Notes under the pieces: generated by a model | The model's input: only the letters and a program-made list of their open reading frames with translations | What the model was told of the DNA's origin: nothing | The model's database searches: none | Part shown: piece by piece, positions 10,020-19,790 of the stretch | How the letters are laid out: every line of letters starts with the position of its first letter | Numbering within the stretch: the stretch's first letter is position 1 | Assembly: GCA_965208905.1 (NCBI GenBank) | Contig: OZ242365.1 | Coordinates: 2,080,001-2,144,000, forward strand | DNA from: Nitrosopumilaceae archaeon | GTDB taxonomy: Archaea; Thermoproteota; Nitrososphaeria; Nitrososphaerales; Nitrosopumilaceae | DNA length: 64,000 nt | Direction of reading: 5' to 3' | Made by a program: the position numbers and the translations under genes

Positions 10020-11063
10020 TGTATTATGTCGAAATTATTTCGCCTAGTCATCGGTGTCCCTCTCCATCCATTCTAAGTCACTCTTCCTGACATCATCTGG
10101 TACTTTTTTGTTGTGAAATGCCTGTAGCGGGGTCTCGCCATTGTTTATGTCTAAAGACCAGTGCAGTCGCACCTCGTTGTAGTACGCGACAAACTCCGCT
10201 AGGCTGCCAAAATGACATAGTTCTTCTTCCAAGGTGCGGTGGAACCGTTCAAGCTTGCCGTTTGTTTGTGGGTGGTAGGGGCGGGTGTTGATCAACTCAA
10301 TACCCCGGTCAAGCAGCTCTGCCTCAAATATAGTGGGGGTCCATGATTTTGCAGGAATCTTTCTTCTCACACCCACAAAGCACGATCCGTTGTCGGAGAG
10401 TATGGTGGCCGGGGTTCCAAACTCAACAATGCTATTTTGCAGGACTGTTACCGCGTTCTCGGATGTGGCCCCCTTGAATATCATGGCTCCAACCACACAT
10501 CTTGACGCATCATCAAGATATGTGATTAATTGGTAGCCTTGAAAACGTGGATCTTTCATCGCATGCCAGTCCGTATGCCACATCGCATTGGAGTATCTGC
10601 GCTCATAGCGTATCCATTTACGCCTGCGCGATTTTGCTGCAGATAGAGTGACCATATTGTTTTCTTTCATGATTGTGTATACCGTTTTTTCACTTATTTG
10701 TATGCCCTTGTGATTTAAGTACTTGGTGATCCTTGTGACGCCTGCTGGCATTATACGATGTGCTGCTAGTACGACGTTGGTTTGCTCCTCGGTGGGAGGA
10801 ATCTTGGGTCTGCCTGGCATTTGTAGTGTGGGAATCTTGCCCGTTGCACGATACATTGCCCAGAGTTGTTGTACGCGTCTCTGGCTAATCTTCATCTCTG
10901 TAGCAATGTGTGATGTACTACTACCTTTCCTGCATTGTCGAATGATATAATCTATCTGCTTCTGTGTCAGATTGACTCTCATGGGTTTGCGTGATCTATA
11001 TAGACTAAAATATTCTTTGGTTGGCAGTCTAAAGTTAGGGCGAACTAATTTCCGCACAATAGA
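10020..11063 (-). mobile_element. IS481-family insertion sequence, apparently intact
   Basis: 25-bp imperfect TIRs (10020-10044 vs 11039-11063, 20/25 match); flanked by direct repeat TGTTGCAACTCTTCCC at 10004-10019 and 11064-11079. Confidence 0.85.
10044..10982 (-). CDS. IS481-family DDE transposase (HTH + rve)
   Basis: RYERRYSNAMWHTD, LDDASR, LSDNGSCF, PYHPQTNGKLERFHRTL. Confidence 0.9.
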   Translation of the reverse strand: MRVNLTQKQIDYIIRQCRKGSSTSHIATEMKISQRRVQQLWAMYRATGKIPTLQMPGRPKIPPTEEQTNVVLAAHRIMPAGVTRITKYLNHKGIQISEKTVYTIMKENNMVTLSAAKSRRRKWIRYERRYSNAMWHTDWHAMKDPRFQGYQLITYLDDASRCVVGAMIFKGATSENAVTVLQNSIVEFGTPATILSDNGSCFVGVRRKIPAKSWTPTIFEAELLDRGIELINTRPYHPQTNGKLERFHRTLEEELCHFGSLAEFVAYYNEVRLHWSLDINNGETPLQAFHNKKVPDDVRKSDLEWMERDTDD

Positions 11064-11307
11064 TGTTGCAACTCTTCCCACAAGTTTGGATGATTAACAA
11101 GTAATATTAATGATCTTGAACATTAACGACAATTATAGTGGGTGTAAGGTATAACAAGTCACGAAAACCAAGGACAAGTAAGAGTGTACGTACATCAAAA
11201 CCACAAACAGATACCGTATACTGTTGTTTTCACTCCACGCACCTAATGTATGATGCCCACACTCCATCCTGTAAGTATCGTTAATGGAACATCGCATATG
11301 GTGCAAC

Positions 11308-12321
11308 TCAACAAAAGTTTTGTGTTGCATACATCTTTCCATCTTCACTAAACGCCACACCAACACCCGTCCTATCATAAGCGGGCTCTAGTATGTTTGC
11401 GCGATGACCAGGACTGCTCATCCAGCTGGTAACCACGTCCCAGGCTATGTCCCGAGTAGTCTCATTATGTTCAATACCACTAACCCAAGATATATTCTCA
11501 GCAAGCCCGTAGGTGTAGTAGGAACCATGGTCTCTGGTGCAGTCATAGCCGGCACGCATCACCCGGTCTGTTGGGTCAAGGCCTTCGGGGGTGACATGTC
11601 TGAAATATTCCCGGTCAGCCATATCTTGACTATGCTCTTTAGCAATCTCTTCCACCAAAGCAATGCGCTGAAGTTTATCTACTCCCATCGACTCGCGCTC
11701 TGTATTTGTGAACAGGTATATGTATAATTCAATATCCTTAACAAACTCTTCTTCATCTGGCGATATCATTGGGCCGACTATGTAATCATCTATCGATGAT
11801 ATATCGAATTCGATATCGTCTGAATCGTTCTGCATCAACTCTTCATCTGTGTTCGCTCTGTCCGGTGTTGGGGGGCTCTCATCTATAGGACGTATGTATG
11901 GTCCAAATGCATCTGGTAGTAGGGTATAGACTGCGTCGGTGACAGTTCCAGGAACCTCTATTACATCCGCAAACGTCTCAACCACAGTATCAGTTACAGC
12001 CCCCGGAACTTCGACCACATCCGCAAACGTCTCAACTACAGTATCAGTTACAGCCCCCGGAACTTCGACCACATCCGCAAACGTCTCAACTACAGTATCA
12101 GTTACAGATCCGGCCATCTCTTCTGTATCTGATACAACATCTGTTATTGTCCCAGTTATGGCATCTGTGGCGTCCTCTGTAACATTGGTGGCCACACTGG
12201 ATGCGGTTCTGACGCCTGAAATTATCTCGGGTACTGCATATGTAAAAAATGACCACAACCCAACACCTATAACGCCTACAATTACGGCTAAAATTATTGG
12301 CTTCTTGGGCATATAATACAT
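11308..12321 (-). CDS. Membrane-anchored CAP/SCP-domain protein with repeat linker
   Basis: N-terminal TM; AKEHSQDMADREYFRH, AENI, WMSSPGHRANIL, GVGV...YATQNFC. Confidence 0.88.
   Translation of the reverse strand: MYYMPKKPIILAVIVGVIGVGLWSFFTYAVPEIISGVRTASSVATNVTEDATDAITGTITDVVSDTEEMAGSVTDTVVETFADVVEVPGAVTDTVVETFADVVEVPGAVTDTVVETFADVIEVPGTVTDAVYTLLPDAFGPYIRPIDESPPTPDRANTDEELMQNDSDDIEFDISSIDDYIVGPMISPDEEEFVKDIELYIYLFTNTERESMGVDKLQRIALVEEIAKEHSQDMADREYFRHVTPEGLDPTDRVMRAGYDCTRDHGSYYTYGLAENISWVSGIEHNETTRDIAWDVVTSWMSSPGHRANILEPAYDRTGVGVAFSEDGKMYATQNFC
11942..12107. repeat. Three tandem 54-bp coding repeats (VTDTVVETFADVVEVPGA)
   Basis: Near-identical units begin at about 11942, 11996 and 12050. 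Confidence 0.9.
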
Positions 12322-12472
12322 TATATGTCATGCTCTATTTGTTTTACCCATGCCGGTTTCTTGTAAACCCGGTTGATGGTGATTTCTGCATGATGCTAAG
12401 CTAGCATACGATATCATACTAGATATATCTGCGATATTTGCACTTAAACCACTACCTTTCAAGCCTGCTAAT

Positions 12473-14830
12473 CTAGTTGCTACGACATTGCTGGCACGTC
12501 TCGGGTAGCGCCTGACCGCCGTCTTGGCAGAGTTGTATCAGCACATCATCGGGACACTCAAATCCAAATACTTTTTTTATTTCAGTGGGAGTGTTGCCTG
12601 TAATGCCACAGGCTGAGCACGTATGTGAGATATCGACTTCTTCCTCTTCTTCCTCTTCAATCTCTTCCTCTTGGTCTTTCCACACCTTCCAGTACTCTCG
12701 GTATAATCTCCAACCCATGGAGGCACTGAGGGGAGCATACTTTGAATGGTTCAGCTGAAAGTTGTCGTCTATATCTACAATAAGCATATCTTCTGTACCA
12801 CCAATCTTTGTGCCTCTCATGCCTCTACCTACCATCTGTGTGTACAAAAGGGCACTTTTAACCGGCCTGCCTACAAAGACACAGTCCACACCCGGAGCAT
12901 CAAAACCTGTGGTAAGTACGCCAAAGTTACAGAGTACCTCAACGTCACCCTCTCGAAACTCGTGTATAGCGGTTATTCTAGAATCCATATCCATGGCAGA
13001 ATCAATATATCTTGTATTGGTGTTGTACATTGCCTTGAGAGCTATGGCAATCTTACGGGAATGCTCCACACTACATCCAAAGAAGAGTATCTTCTTTCGG
13101 CCTATCTCTCTTAATTGGTTTATGGTCTTTAGGATTAGTGTATTACGATCAAAATTAGATCCAATCTGGTTGAGCGTCTTTGCTTGAAATTCACCATACA
13201 TCTCAATATCAGAGATATCCTTCATGGTGAGATCTATAGCTTCATGAGATACCACCACCTTGTGGTATACATCACAAAGTATTTCCCGCTGTATCAGTTT
13301 CCCGTATAGGTCTTTTTGCCCCTCTTTTGGGTTAATTGTTCTGGGGTCTACTCGCCCATATATGTCGATTAATGAAACAGCCACGCCCACATTACCATCG
13401 TTGTCGGTAACAGTCAACTCTATCTCGTATCTTCCGGGCTTTGTGAATTGGTGAAATACGTTCTGTCCTGTATATGTCCACTCCTTGTTGTCGTCCGAGT
13501 GTATCATCCAATTGTACTTTGTGATGAAACCTTCAAAGTCGTATGATTTAGATCCCAATATTCTAATTACATCGTCTGTATATGCCGCCGACGGGCAGTC
13601 TATAAGTGCATGTGGTTTGATATTAGCAGAAGATTTCAAGTATGATATGGAAGGAAAGTGTACTCCGTTGTACCATCGATGCAGACGTTGAGTCTCGGTA
13701 TCTCCGCCCCCCCGAAATGGTGTCGCTGTCAGACCCAGCAGTATTATGCCCTTTTCAGAGATCTCTTTTTTACGATTGTCCCAGTTGAAACCCATCTTTC
13801 TTAGCACTGCTGAGTATGAGGGCGCTATTGAGTGGTGCGCCTCATCCACAATTATACATGATACAGAGTTGCCAAGATTTTCCAGCTCCCGAGGTTTGTT
13901 CAGATTGGCGCTATACAAAGACTGTATTGATGCCACAATGATGCCCCGCTCATCTAACAGGTCCTCTATATCTAGTGTTGGAAGGGCGTTATCTCTACCC
14001 CAAAACTTGTAAAGTCGCATGACCGTACCCTGGGCCCCCATTGATTTGAAGACATCCTTGAATGTACTGCGCGCCTGCTCGCAGAGCTCGTGCGACTGCG
14101 CAATCCATAGTATAAATCGAGAGTCGCGCTGCTGTGAGTTCTTTGAGGGTTTGCCATCGTTAAGCCATTCAATCAAAGTTTCGGTGATCATGCGAGTCTT
14201 TCCAGAACCGGTAGGTACTGCTATCAGTTTTCTTTTGACCTCTCTCTTCTGTTCGCCCTCAAGCTCTGTACCTTCCAGTATGTTACGCACGTACCTTCCT
14301 GTCGAGTATTGATAGTCGTATAATGGATTGATTTGAATGTGCGGTTCCACCGTCTCTATGGATGGCGGCTCTTCGGCGCGCTCCTTTTCAGCCACAGATG
14401 CAGGGAGATCAAATATCTCGGCTAACTTTAAACACCATTTGTGTATGGGGCGCATATTGATGACATCGTTCATGTATTTGATGGAACCCTTGGGAGCGAC
14501 GTCTGATACTGCCTTTAGTAAGCTATCTTCAGTAAACAGGCCTTTGTTTATGCCCGTAACTATGATTAATGTAAGAAATGTACGACGTGTCTCTGGATCA
14601 TTTCCAATGGTTCTTAGAAATCTGGGCCCGACCAAGTCATACAGTACTTCGGCCATACTATCTTGGGTCACCTCAAGTTCTCCACCCTTTTGTATCTGGA
14701 GAAGTACATCTAAGCCCATGCTCAGCTCGGATATGACCTCTACTATCTCCTCTAACGTCCACCACATCTTGAATTTTTCGATACATGCAGTCTTTGCGGT
14801 TCGTGCCGCTAACGTTCTTGTCTCTTCCAA
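12473..14830 (-). CDS. SF2 (ResIII/SSL2-like) DExH helicase with an inserted PKD domain and a C-terminal Cys cluster
   Basis: PTGSGKT, DEAHH, GLTATP, LTTGFDAP, QMVGRGMR; PKD-like GSKSYDFEG...YNW...HQFTKPGRYEIELTVTDNDG between motifs III and IV. Confidence 0.85.
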   Translation of the reverse strand: MEETRTLAARTAKTACIEKFKMWWTLEEIVEVISELSMGLDVLLQIQKGGELEVTQDSMAEVLYDLVGPRFLRTIGNDPETRRTFLTLIIVTGINKGLFTEDSLLKAVSDVAPKGSIKYMNDVINMRPIHKWCLKLAEIFDLPASVAEKERAEEPPSIETVEPHIQINPLYDYQYSTGRYVRNILEGTELEGEQKREVKRKLIAVPTGSGKTRMITETLIEWLNDGKPSKNSQQRDSRFILWIAQSHELCEQARSTFKDVFKSMGAQGTVMRLYKFWGRDNALPTLDIEDLLDERGIIVASIQSLYSANLNKPRELENLGNSVSCIIVDEAHHSIAPSYSAVLRKMGFNWDNRKKEISEKGIILLGLTATPFRGGGDTETQRLHRWYNGVHFPSISYLKSSANIKPHALIDCPSAAYTDDVIRILGSKSYDFEGFITKYNWMIHSDDNKEWTYTGQNVFHQFTKPGRYEIELTVTDNDGNVGVAVSLIDIYGRVDPRTINPKEGQKDLYGKLIQREILCDVYHKVVVSHEAIDLTMKDISDIEMYGEFQAKTLNQIGSNFDRNTLILKTINQLREIGRKKILFFGCSVEHSRKIAIALKAMYNTNTRYIDSAMDMDSRITAIHEFREGDVEVLCNFGVLTTGFDAPGVDCVFVGRPVKSALLYTQMVGRGMRGTKIGGTEDMLIVDIDDNFQLNHSKYAPLSASMGWRLYREYWKVWKDQEEEIEEEEEEEVDISHTCSACGITGNTPTEIKKVFGFECPDDVLIQLCQDGGQALPETCQQCRSN

Positions 14831-14888
14831 TTTGCAGATTATATTAATCTGTATCTTATAGGCTTATCGGGAAATTGGAACTGTTAAG

Positions 14889-15792
14889 TTATAGGTACCT
14901 TAGACCTAGACCTAAACCAGCCTGCCGTACGGCAGATGTTGGCGAATTGCCATTCAGAGGAGTTCCTGAAAGATGTACTTTGTTGGTTGGGCAAAGCAGC
15001 CCTACCTTTGGACAACCTGTACCGGCCATCACGTCGTTAACACTTGGGGGAGGTATGCAAGTGCCAAGATGTATCCTTCCTCTCAAGACCATTCCGGCCT
15101 TGTTGTACAGCGCGTAAACGGCTTGCGCGCGTTTAGACCACCGTACAGTACGAAATGTGAAAAGTATGTTGAACGCGGCATTGACATCCGCATGCATCAG
15201 AACACCGCACTCATGACACCTGAACTGACTGCTTTTGCGCCATGTGTTTGTGCTGCCGTATACACAGCACCGCTGTGATGTATATTTCTGGTCTATTTCC
15301 ATGTACTCTGTATTGTGTTGCAAAGCCTGTTGCGCCAGCAAGGCCCGCGCCTCACCACACTTGCTTTGTCGCATCTTCCTATTCTTGGCTTTCTGACCGG
15401 GGCCCTTAGTCGTCATTGTACGGAGGTTCATTCCCTCCATGATGATTTTGTCGCACTGCACGAACAGCTTTTTGGCAAACTTGCGCAGTTTGTCTTTCTG
15501 CCTATTTCCCACCTTTTTGTATATACTTTGCAGTTGCGCATGCAATGTACACCACTTGTGGGAGTGGAGTTTGCAGTGAGACATCTTCTTTTGAATCCGC
15601 GCGATGTTCCGTATGGTGTCCTGCTCGCGCAGTGTAAGCATATCAATTGTACCGTCCGATTTTCCAACAACAAGCGTTGCTTGCCGCCCATGTCAATTCC
15701 CGCATGTATGCCGGTTGCTACACGGTCCGGGACATCCTCGCGTATTGTGACGTGTAGTTCAAACTGCCTCTCTTTATCTGTGTTGTTTGACA
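14889..15792 (-). pseudogene. tnpB: C-terminal, frameshifted TnpB (IS605 OrfB) remnant
   Basis: RuvC I GIDMGG in one frame; RuvC II IIMEGMNL, YTSQRC, FRCHECG and HADVNAAFNI in another; 5' part cut off at the IS6-like end at 15793. Confidence 0.8.
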
Positions 15793-15843
15793 GGTTCTGG
15801 GAAATCAACGGGACATGACATGTAGTGGGAAATTAGGGACATA
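15793..15843. repeat. Probable terminus of the IS6-like element; second copy at 45414-45464
   Basis: GGTTCTGGGAAATC...GGGAAATTAGGGACATA, 46/51 identical to 45414-45464; the GGTTCTG start resembles IS6-family TIRs; lies 12 bp from the transposase stop. Confidence 0.7.
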
Positions 15844-15855
15844 AAAAATGAGGGA

Positions 15856-17109
15856 TTAAGATGTTGATTCTGCGGCTGCTCGAATGAGGGTTAGGTACTT
15901 GTTATTACCCTCGATAGTGATACCTGCGGCCTCGGCAGGCGTAATTTTGTCTGGGAGTCCTTCATGTGGTTTGACAAAGTTATGATAGAGTCGTAATCCA
16001 GTAATGATGCCAGAGTCCTCACGCTTAAGCCCTCTGGTTACTTTCTCTCTATGGCGTAGGGTTGCTCCGTTGAAGGATTCCATTTGGTTGTTATGATGTA
16101 TGCCGTCAAACGCCACATCATGAATGTGTTCTGTATCTTTGTGCAGGAAGTTCTTTGCCTTGTATTGTTGTTTCCATGCATTGTGGAAGTTTGCCGCCTT
16201 GTCACTGATTAATGTGGTTGGGACTTTACCGGCCACACGTTTAGCCTCTTTAAACATTGGAGCCACATCATCATTGCCTTTGTGGGTGGCTACCATTTTG
16301 GCTATCCAAAAGCGGGTCTCACTGTCCAGCATGGCAAATAGATATTTGCGGTTACCTTTGATTTTTAGATATAGTTCGTCAGTGCGCCAAGCCTCTCCGA
16401 CCTGTGGCTTAATGGTGTCAGCGAACCGTTCCATTATCTCAGCATATTCTTTACCCCAATTCTGGACGGTCTTGTAGGTGATCTTGAACCCTGTCATCTC
16501 AAGGCTCTTGGCAACCTTCCTGCTAGACAAACCACTAAACAGTAAATCTACGGCCTGCGTAATCTGTTCGGGGGTTGCGTGCTTTCTCTCAAAGCCTAGG
16601 TTGTGCGTGAACCTCTTGTTGCAGTCCTTACATTTGTAGCCTTGGACCGGTCCTCGTTTAAGTCTGCGTATGCCTTGTTTGACAACATTAGAGGATTTAC
16701 ATCGTTTGCACTTGGTGAGATCCACTTGTTTGATAATGGTCTTGGGCACTTCTTCTTGTACTGCCTCACGCATTCTCTTGGATATTTCGATTGCGTGTGC
16801 GTGTTTGCAACATACACCACGGTACATTGAATCGGGACAGGAACAAACCCATCCCGATTCTGTCTGTATCACCTCATAGACCTTATTGGAAGACTGAGAT
16901 CTTACAGTATAGGTTGTATCATCAACTCTTGTTATCTGATTTGATTTACTCGCTATTTGCGCACCCCGTGTGATTCTAGCCTTTTGGCCGGGGCTATGAT
17001 TCTTATGTGATGGTATAACAATAGGCTCAGAGTGCAAGTTGCTCTTCATTGGGATGGTCACGATCCCTCTGACTTTCTTTTCATCATCGCCATACTTTGT
17101 TGTTATCAT
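15856..17109 (-). CDS. IS6/IS240-like DDE transposase with SWIM zinc finger and IS1-like zinc ribbon
   Basis: CSCPD...CKH (SWIM), CKRC...CKDC, WRTDELYLKIKG, LDSETRF, LISDKA, NNQMESFNG, YHNFVKPH...TPAEAAG. Confidence 0.88.
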   Translation of the reverse strand: MITTKYGDDEKKVRGIVTIPMKSNLHSEPIVIPSHKNHSPGQKARITRGAQIASKSNQITRVDDTTYTVRSQSSNKVYEVIQTESGWVCSCPDSMYRGVCCKHAHAIEISKRMREAVQEEVPKTIIKQVDLTKCKRCKSSNVVKQGIRRLKRGPVQGYKCKDCNKRFTHNLGFERKHATPEQITQAVDLLFSGLSSRKVAKSLEMTGFKITYKTVQNWGKEYAEIMERFADTIKPQVGEAWRTDELYLKIKGNRKYLFAMLDSETRFWIAKMVATHKGNDDVAPMFKEAKRVAGKVPTTLISDKAANFHNAWKQQYKAKNFLHKDTEHIHDVAFDGIHHNNQMESFNGATLRHREKVTRGLKREDSGIITGLRLYHNFVKPHEGLPDKITPAEAAGITIEGNNKYLTLIRAAAESTS

Positions 17110-17112
17110 TAC

Positions 17113-17162
17113 TAACTGTGCAGTTAATCGATAATATATACTTTGTGAAAAACTGCGCAGTT
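17113..17162. promoter_or_regulatory. Two palindromic operator-like sites in the divergent transposase / AbrB-like promoter
   Basis: TAACTGTGCAGTTA (17113-17126) and AACTGCGCAGTT (17151-17162), next to TATA-like boxes. Confidence 0.6.
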
Positions 17163-17194
17163 AACTATTTATAATAAAGTAACGTACCAATAAC

Positions 17195-17398
17195 ATGACG
17201 CGCTGGAAGAAAGATACGACTGAATTTGATATGAGGCTTAGTTACAGTCGTAATAAGGACGGGTCGAAGACTATGGCCTGCCGTGTGCCTCGACAAATAT
17301 TCGAGTTTTTGGGTGAGCCAAAATTACTTCGATTTTGTATAAATGACGGCAAAGTTAGCGTGGAGGGCATTAGAGATGACAGAAACAAAACCAAATGA
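17195..17398 (+). CDS. Small AbrB/MazE-like DNA-binding protein
   Basis: 67 aa; MACRVPRQIFEFLGEPKLLRFCINDGKVSVE fits a swapped-hairpin pattern. Confidence 0.6.
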   Translation: MTRWKKDTTEFDMRLSYSRNKDGSKTMACRVPRQIFEFLGEPKLLRFCINDGKVSVEGIRDDRNKTK

Positions 17399-18731
17399 AC
17401 TTTTTGGCTCAAACAATACGGTTGTATTTAACATGGACGCCCTCACGGGTTTGGGAAAACTCTCCAGTACAACGGTTGATGTTGTGGTTACGTCTCCGCC
17501 ATATTGGGGTCAAAGAGATTATACATGTGGGGACGAGTTAGGCAAGGAATCCACATCAAAAGATTACATTACATCAATGCATGAGATTGGTAATGAGATA
17601 AGGCGTGTACTAAAGGATTCTGGGGTTTACTTTCTCAACATTGGTGACAAGTACAGAAAAAAAGGATTAGAAATGATACCCGAAAGATTGGCATTCAAGA
17701 TGTGTGAGAGTGGTTGGATGGTACGAAATAAGATAATCTGGCATAAGACCAACCCGAACCCATGCCCTGTCACTGACAGATTCACCAATGCCTATGAAGT
17801 TATTTTCATGTTTGTGAAGGATACAAACAACTACCTTCCACCCGAATATTATTTTGATTTGGATCCTGTCCGTGTAGAGCATAAAAGCAAAGAGAGTAAT
17901 GGAAAGAATGGGCATTTGCCAAAAACAATAGATGTGTCTGAGTATGAAAAGTATACCAACCTAATAAAAAATACTACATATGAGGGTAAGTTTAAAGGCC
18001 AAGAATCAATAAACATTGGAGCATCTGCGGGTGGCCGTGTGGGCACAAATGGCGAATACTATTCTCTACAAAGAAAGGCAAACATCACACCAGCCTTGAA
18101 AATAGAAATCATTGAATTTTTGCGTAAGGCTAGAAAAGATAAGGGTTTGTCCATACCAGAAATTGACGAAATGATGGGAACTACATATAGTGCGGGGCAT
18201 TGGTTCAGAGTTGACAGGGGTGGACGGGCTTTACCCTCACCTGAACACTGGGAACATCTGAAAAGAATACTAGACCTGCAAGACACAAAGTATGACAAAA
18301 TAATGACTGAATATCATTATGTGCTGCAAACAGTACGGCATCACGAAAAGGGCAAGAACCCTAGTGATGTGTGGCCAATGGCCACATCCAACATAAAGGA
18401 GAAACATTTTGCACCATTCCCTGAAAAGTTACCCGAAATGTGTATCAAATCATGCTGCCCCATAGATGGAGTAGTCTTGGATCCGTTTGTGGGTGCAGGT
18501 ACTACATTGAAGGTGGCGTCACGGCTAAAACGGTACAGTATAGGCATTGAGATAAATCACACATATCTTGATATTATCAAAAGAGTAGTGGGTGATGATA
18601 TAACAATCATCCCACCCCCCCCCAATAACCTCCATTTCTATTTTCCGATTGTCGGTATGGAGTATTTTGTATCGTTTGTAAGGCTCTTTGATCAATCGGA
18701 ATGTTTGGCCACGATAGCGGTATCTAATTGA
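17376..18731 (+). CDS. Site-specific DNA methyltransferase (beta class, probably N4-C) with an inserted HTH-like domain
   Basis: VTSPPYW catalytic motif, HFAPFPEKL, DPFVGAGTT SAM motif; GGAGG before the ATG at 17376. Confidence 0.88.
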   Translation: MTETKPNELFGSNNTVVFNMDALTGLGKLSSTTVDVVVTSPPYWGQRDYTCGDELGKESTSKDYITSMHEIGNEIRRVLKDSGVYFLNIGDKYRKKGLEMIPERLAFKMCESGWMVRNKIIWHKTNPNPCPVTDRFTNAYEVIFMFVKDTNNYLPPEYYFDLDPVRVEHKSKESNGKNGHLPKTIDVSEYEKYTNLIKNTTYEGKFKGQESINIGASAGGRVGTNGEYYSLQRKANITPALKIEIIEFLRKARKDKGLSIPEIDEMMGTTYSAGHWFRVDRGGRALPSPEHWEHLKRILDLQDTKYDKIMTEYHYVLQTVRHHEKGKNPSDVWPMATSNIKEKHFAPFPEKLPEMCIKSCCPIDGVVLDPFVGAGTTLKVASRLKRYSIGIEINHTYLDIIKRVVGDDITIIPPPPNNLHFYFPIVGMEYFVSFVRLFDQSECLATIAVSN

Positions 18732-18868
18732 TTTACCTTTTGACTTTCCAGCATCCATAATGTCATTACCATATACTTCTTTCAGTTTTCCGTTTGGTAC
18801 ACAAATAAGAATGACACATAGTATTTTGTCGGAAGACTCATCATATATGATTTGTATAATATAGGTAA
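18525..18868 (-). pseudogene. 3' remnant of a gene convergent with the methyltransferase, possibly its restriction endonuclease; cut by IS3
   Basis: Open frame abutting the IS3 TIR, with composition like the MTase gene; the function is inferred from position only. Confidence 0.4.
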
Positions 18869-18925
18869 TGGAGTGGACCCCATAGAATGTTACTGTTTTC
18901 GGCATGATTTTACATACATCTTCCA

Positions 18926-19790
18926 TCATTTATTTGTCATCTCCAACTGTTCGGCAAATTCTACTGGTGTCATGTATCCGATAGAGGAATGAATCCTCTC
19001 GGTGTTGTAATCTACAAAGGCCTTTGCAATGATCGTCTCTGCCTCCTGATAGTTCGCAAACTCGTGCGGCCAGATGTATTCCTTTTTCAGCGTCTTGTGA
19101 AATGATTCGACATGTCCGTTCTGCTCCGGCGTATTCTTGTAGATGAATTCATGTTTGCCGATGCCAAGGGCCTGAACCGCATGTCTAAAGTCGCGGCTCG
19201 TATACTGGTTGCCGTTGTCCGTACGCAATCGTAATTGTGAGCAGTCAGGTTTCTCTGCGGCAACCGCGTTGGTGATTGAGGTGATTGCAATGTCTCGTGT
19301 GGCATTGACATCAAACGCGTAGGCGATCCACTTGCGCGTAAAGCAGTCAATTACGTTGAAGCAGTAGCACCAGCCGTCTATACCGCACCAGATGTATGTG
19401 ATGTCCGTCTCCCACAACTGGTGTGGGGCTTTGGGTTTGAAGAGCTTTTGACCCGCTCGAATGATGTCGTTTTTGGTATTTTGTGGCTGGATGTAGCCCA
19501 TTTTGCGATATATCCGCTGTATCTGCTTGCGGTTCACCACAATTCCCGTATCGCGCGTTATCTGGGCCGCCATGCGCCGTGTGCCGTACGTGGGCCTCTT
19601 TCTGCTCGTATCTAGCACAGTGCTCAATATATCCGGATTCAATCCCATGTCTCTGGGCTTGGGTTTGTAGTACCATTGGCGCCTGGATACGCCCGCATAC
19701 CCTAGCGACTTGCGCAGGCTCAAATGTTGTTCCTGCATGATTTTTACCGCGTTCAATCGTTGCTTGCCTCCAAGGTTTTTTTTAAAGCGT
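18926..19790 (-). CDS. IS3 OrfB (DDE integrase core), reached by programmed frameshift
   Basis: YGTRRM, WETDITY, IDCFTR, TDNGNQY, TPEQNGHVESFHKTLK, YNTERIHSSIGYMTP; A-run slippery site near 19775-19782 on the minus strand. Confidence 0.88.

Noticed and set aside
9301-15792. The two TnpB fragments as halves of one interrupted gene, or as an active RNA-guided nuclease
   Set aside because: On the minus strand the C-terminal piece precedes the N-terminal piece, and both are truncated or frameshifted
18869-18929. ATG start for the 18525-18929 ORF
   Set aside because: These codons lie inside the IS3 end, so the ORF is a chance fusion to a truncated gene
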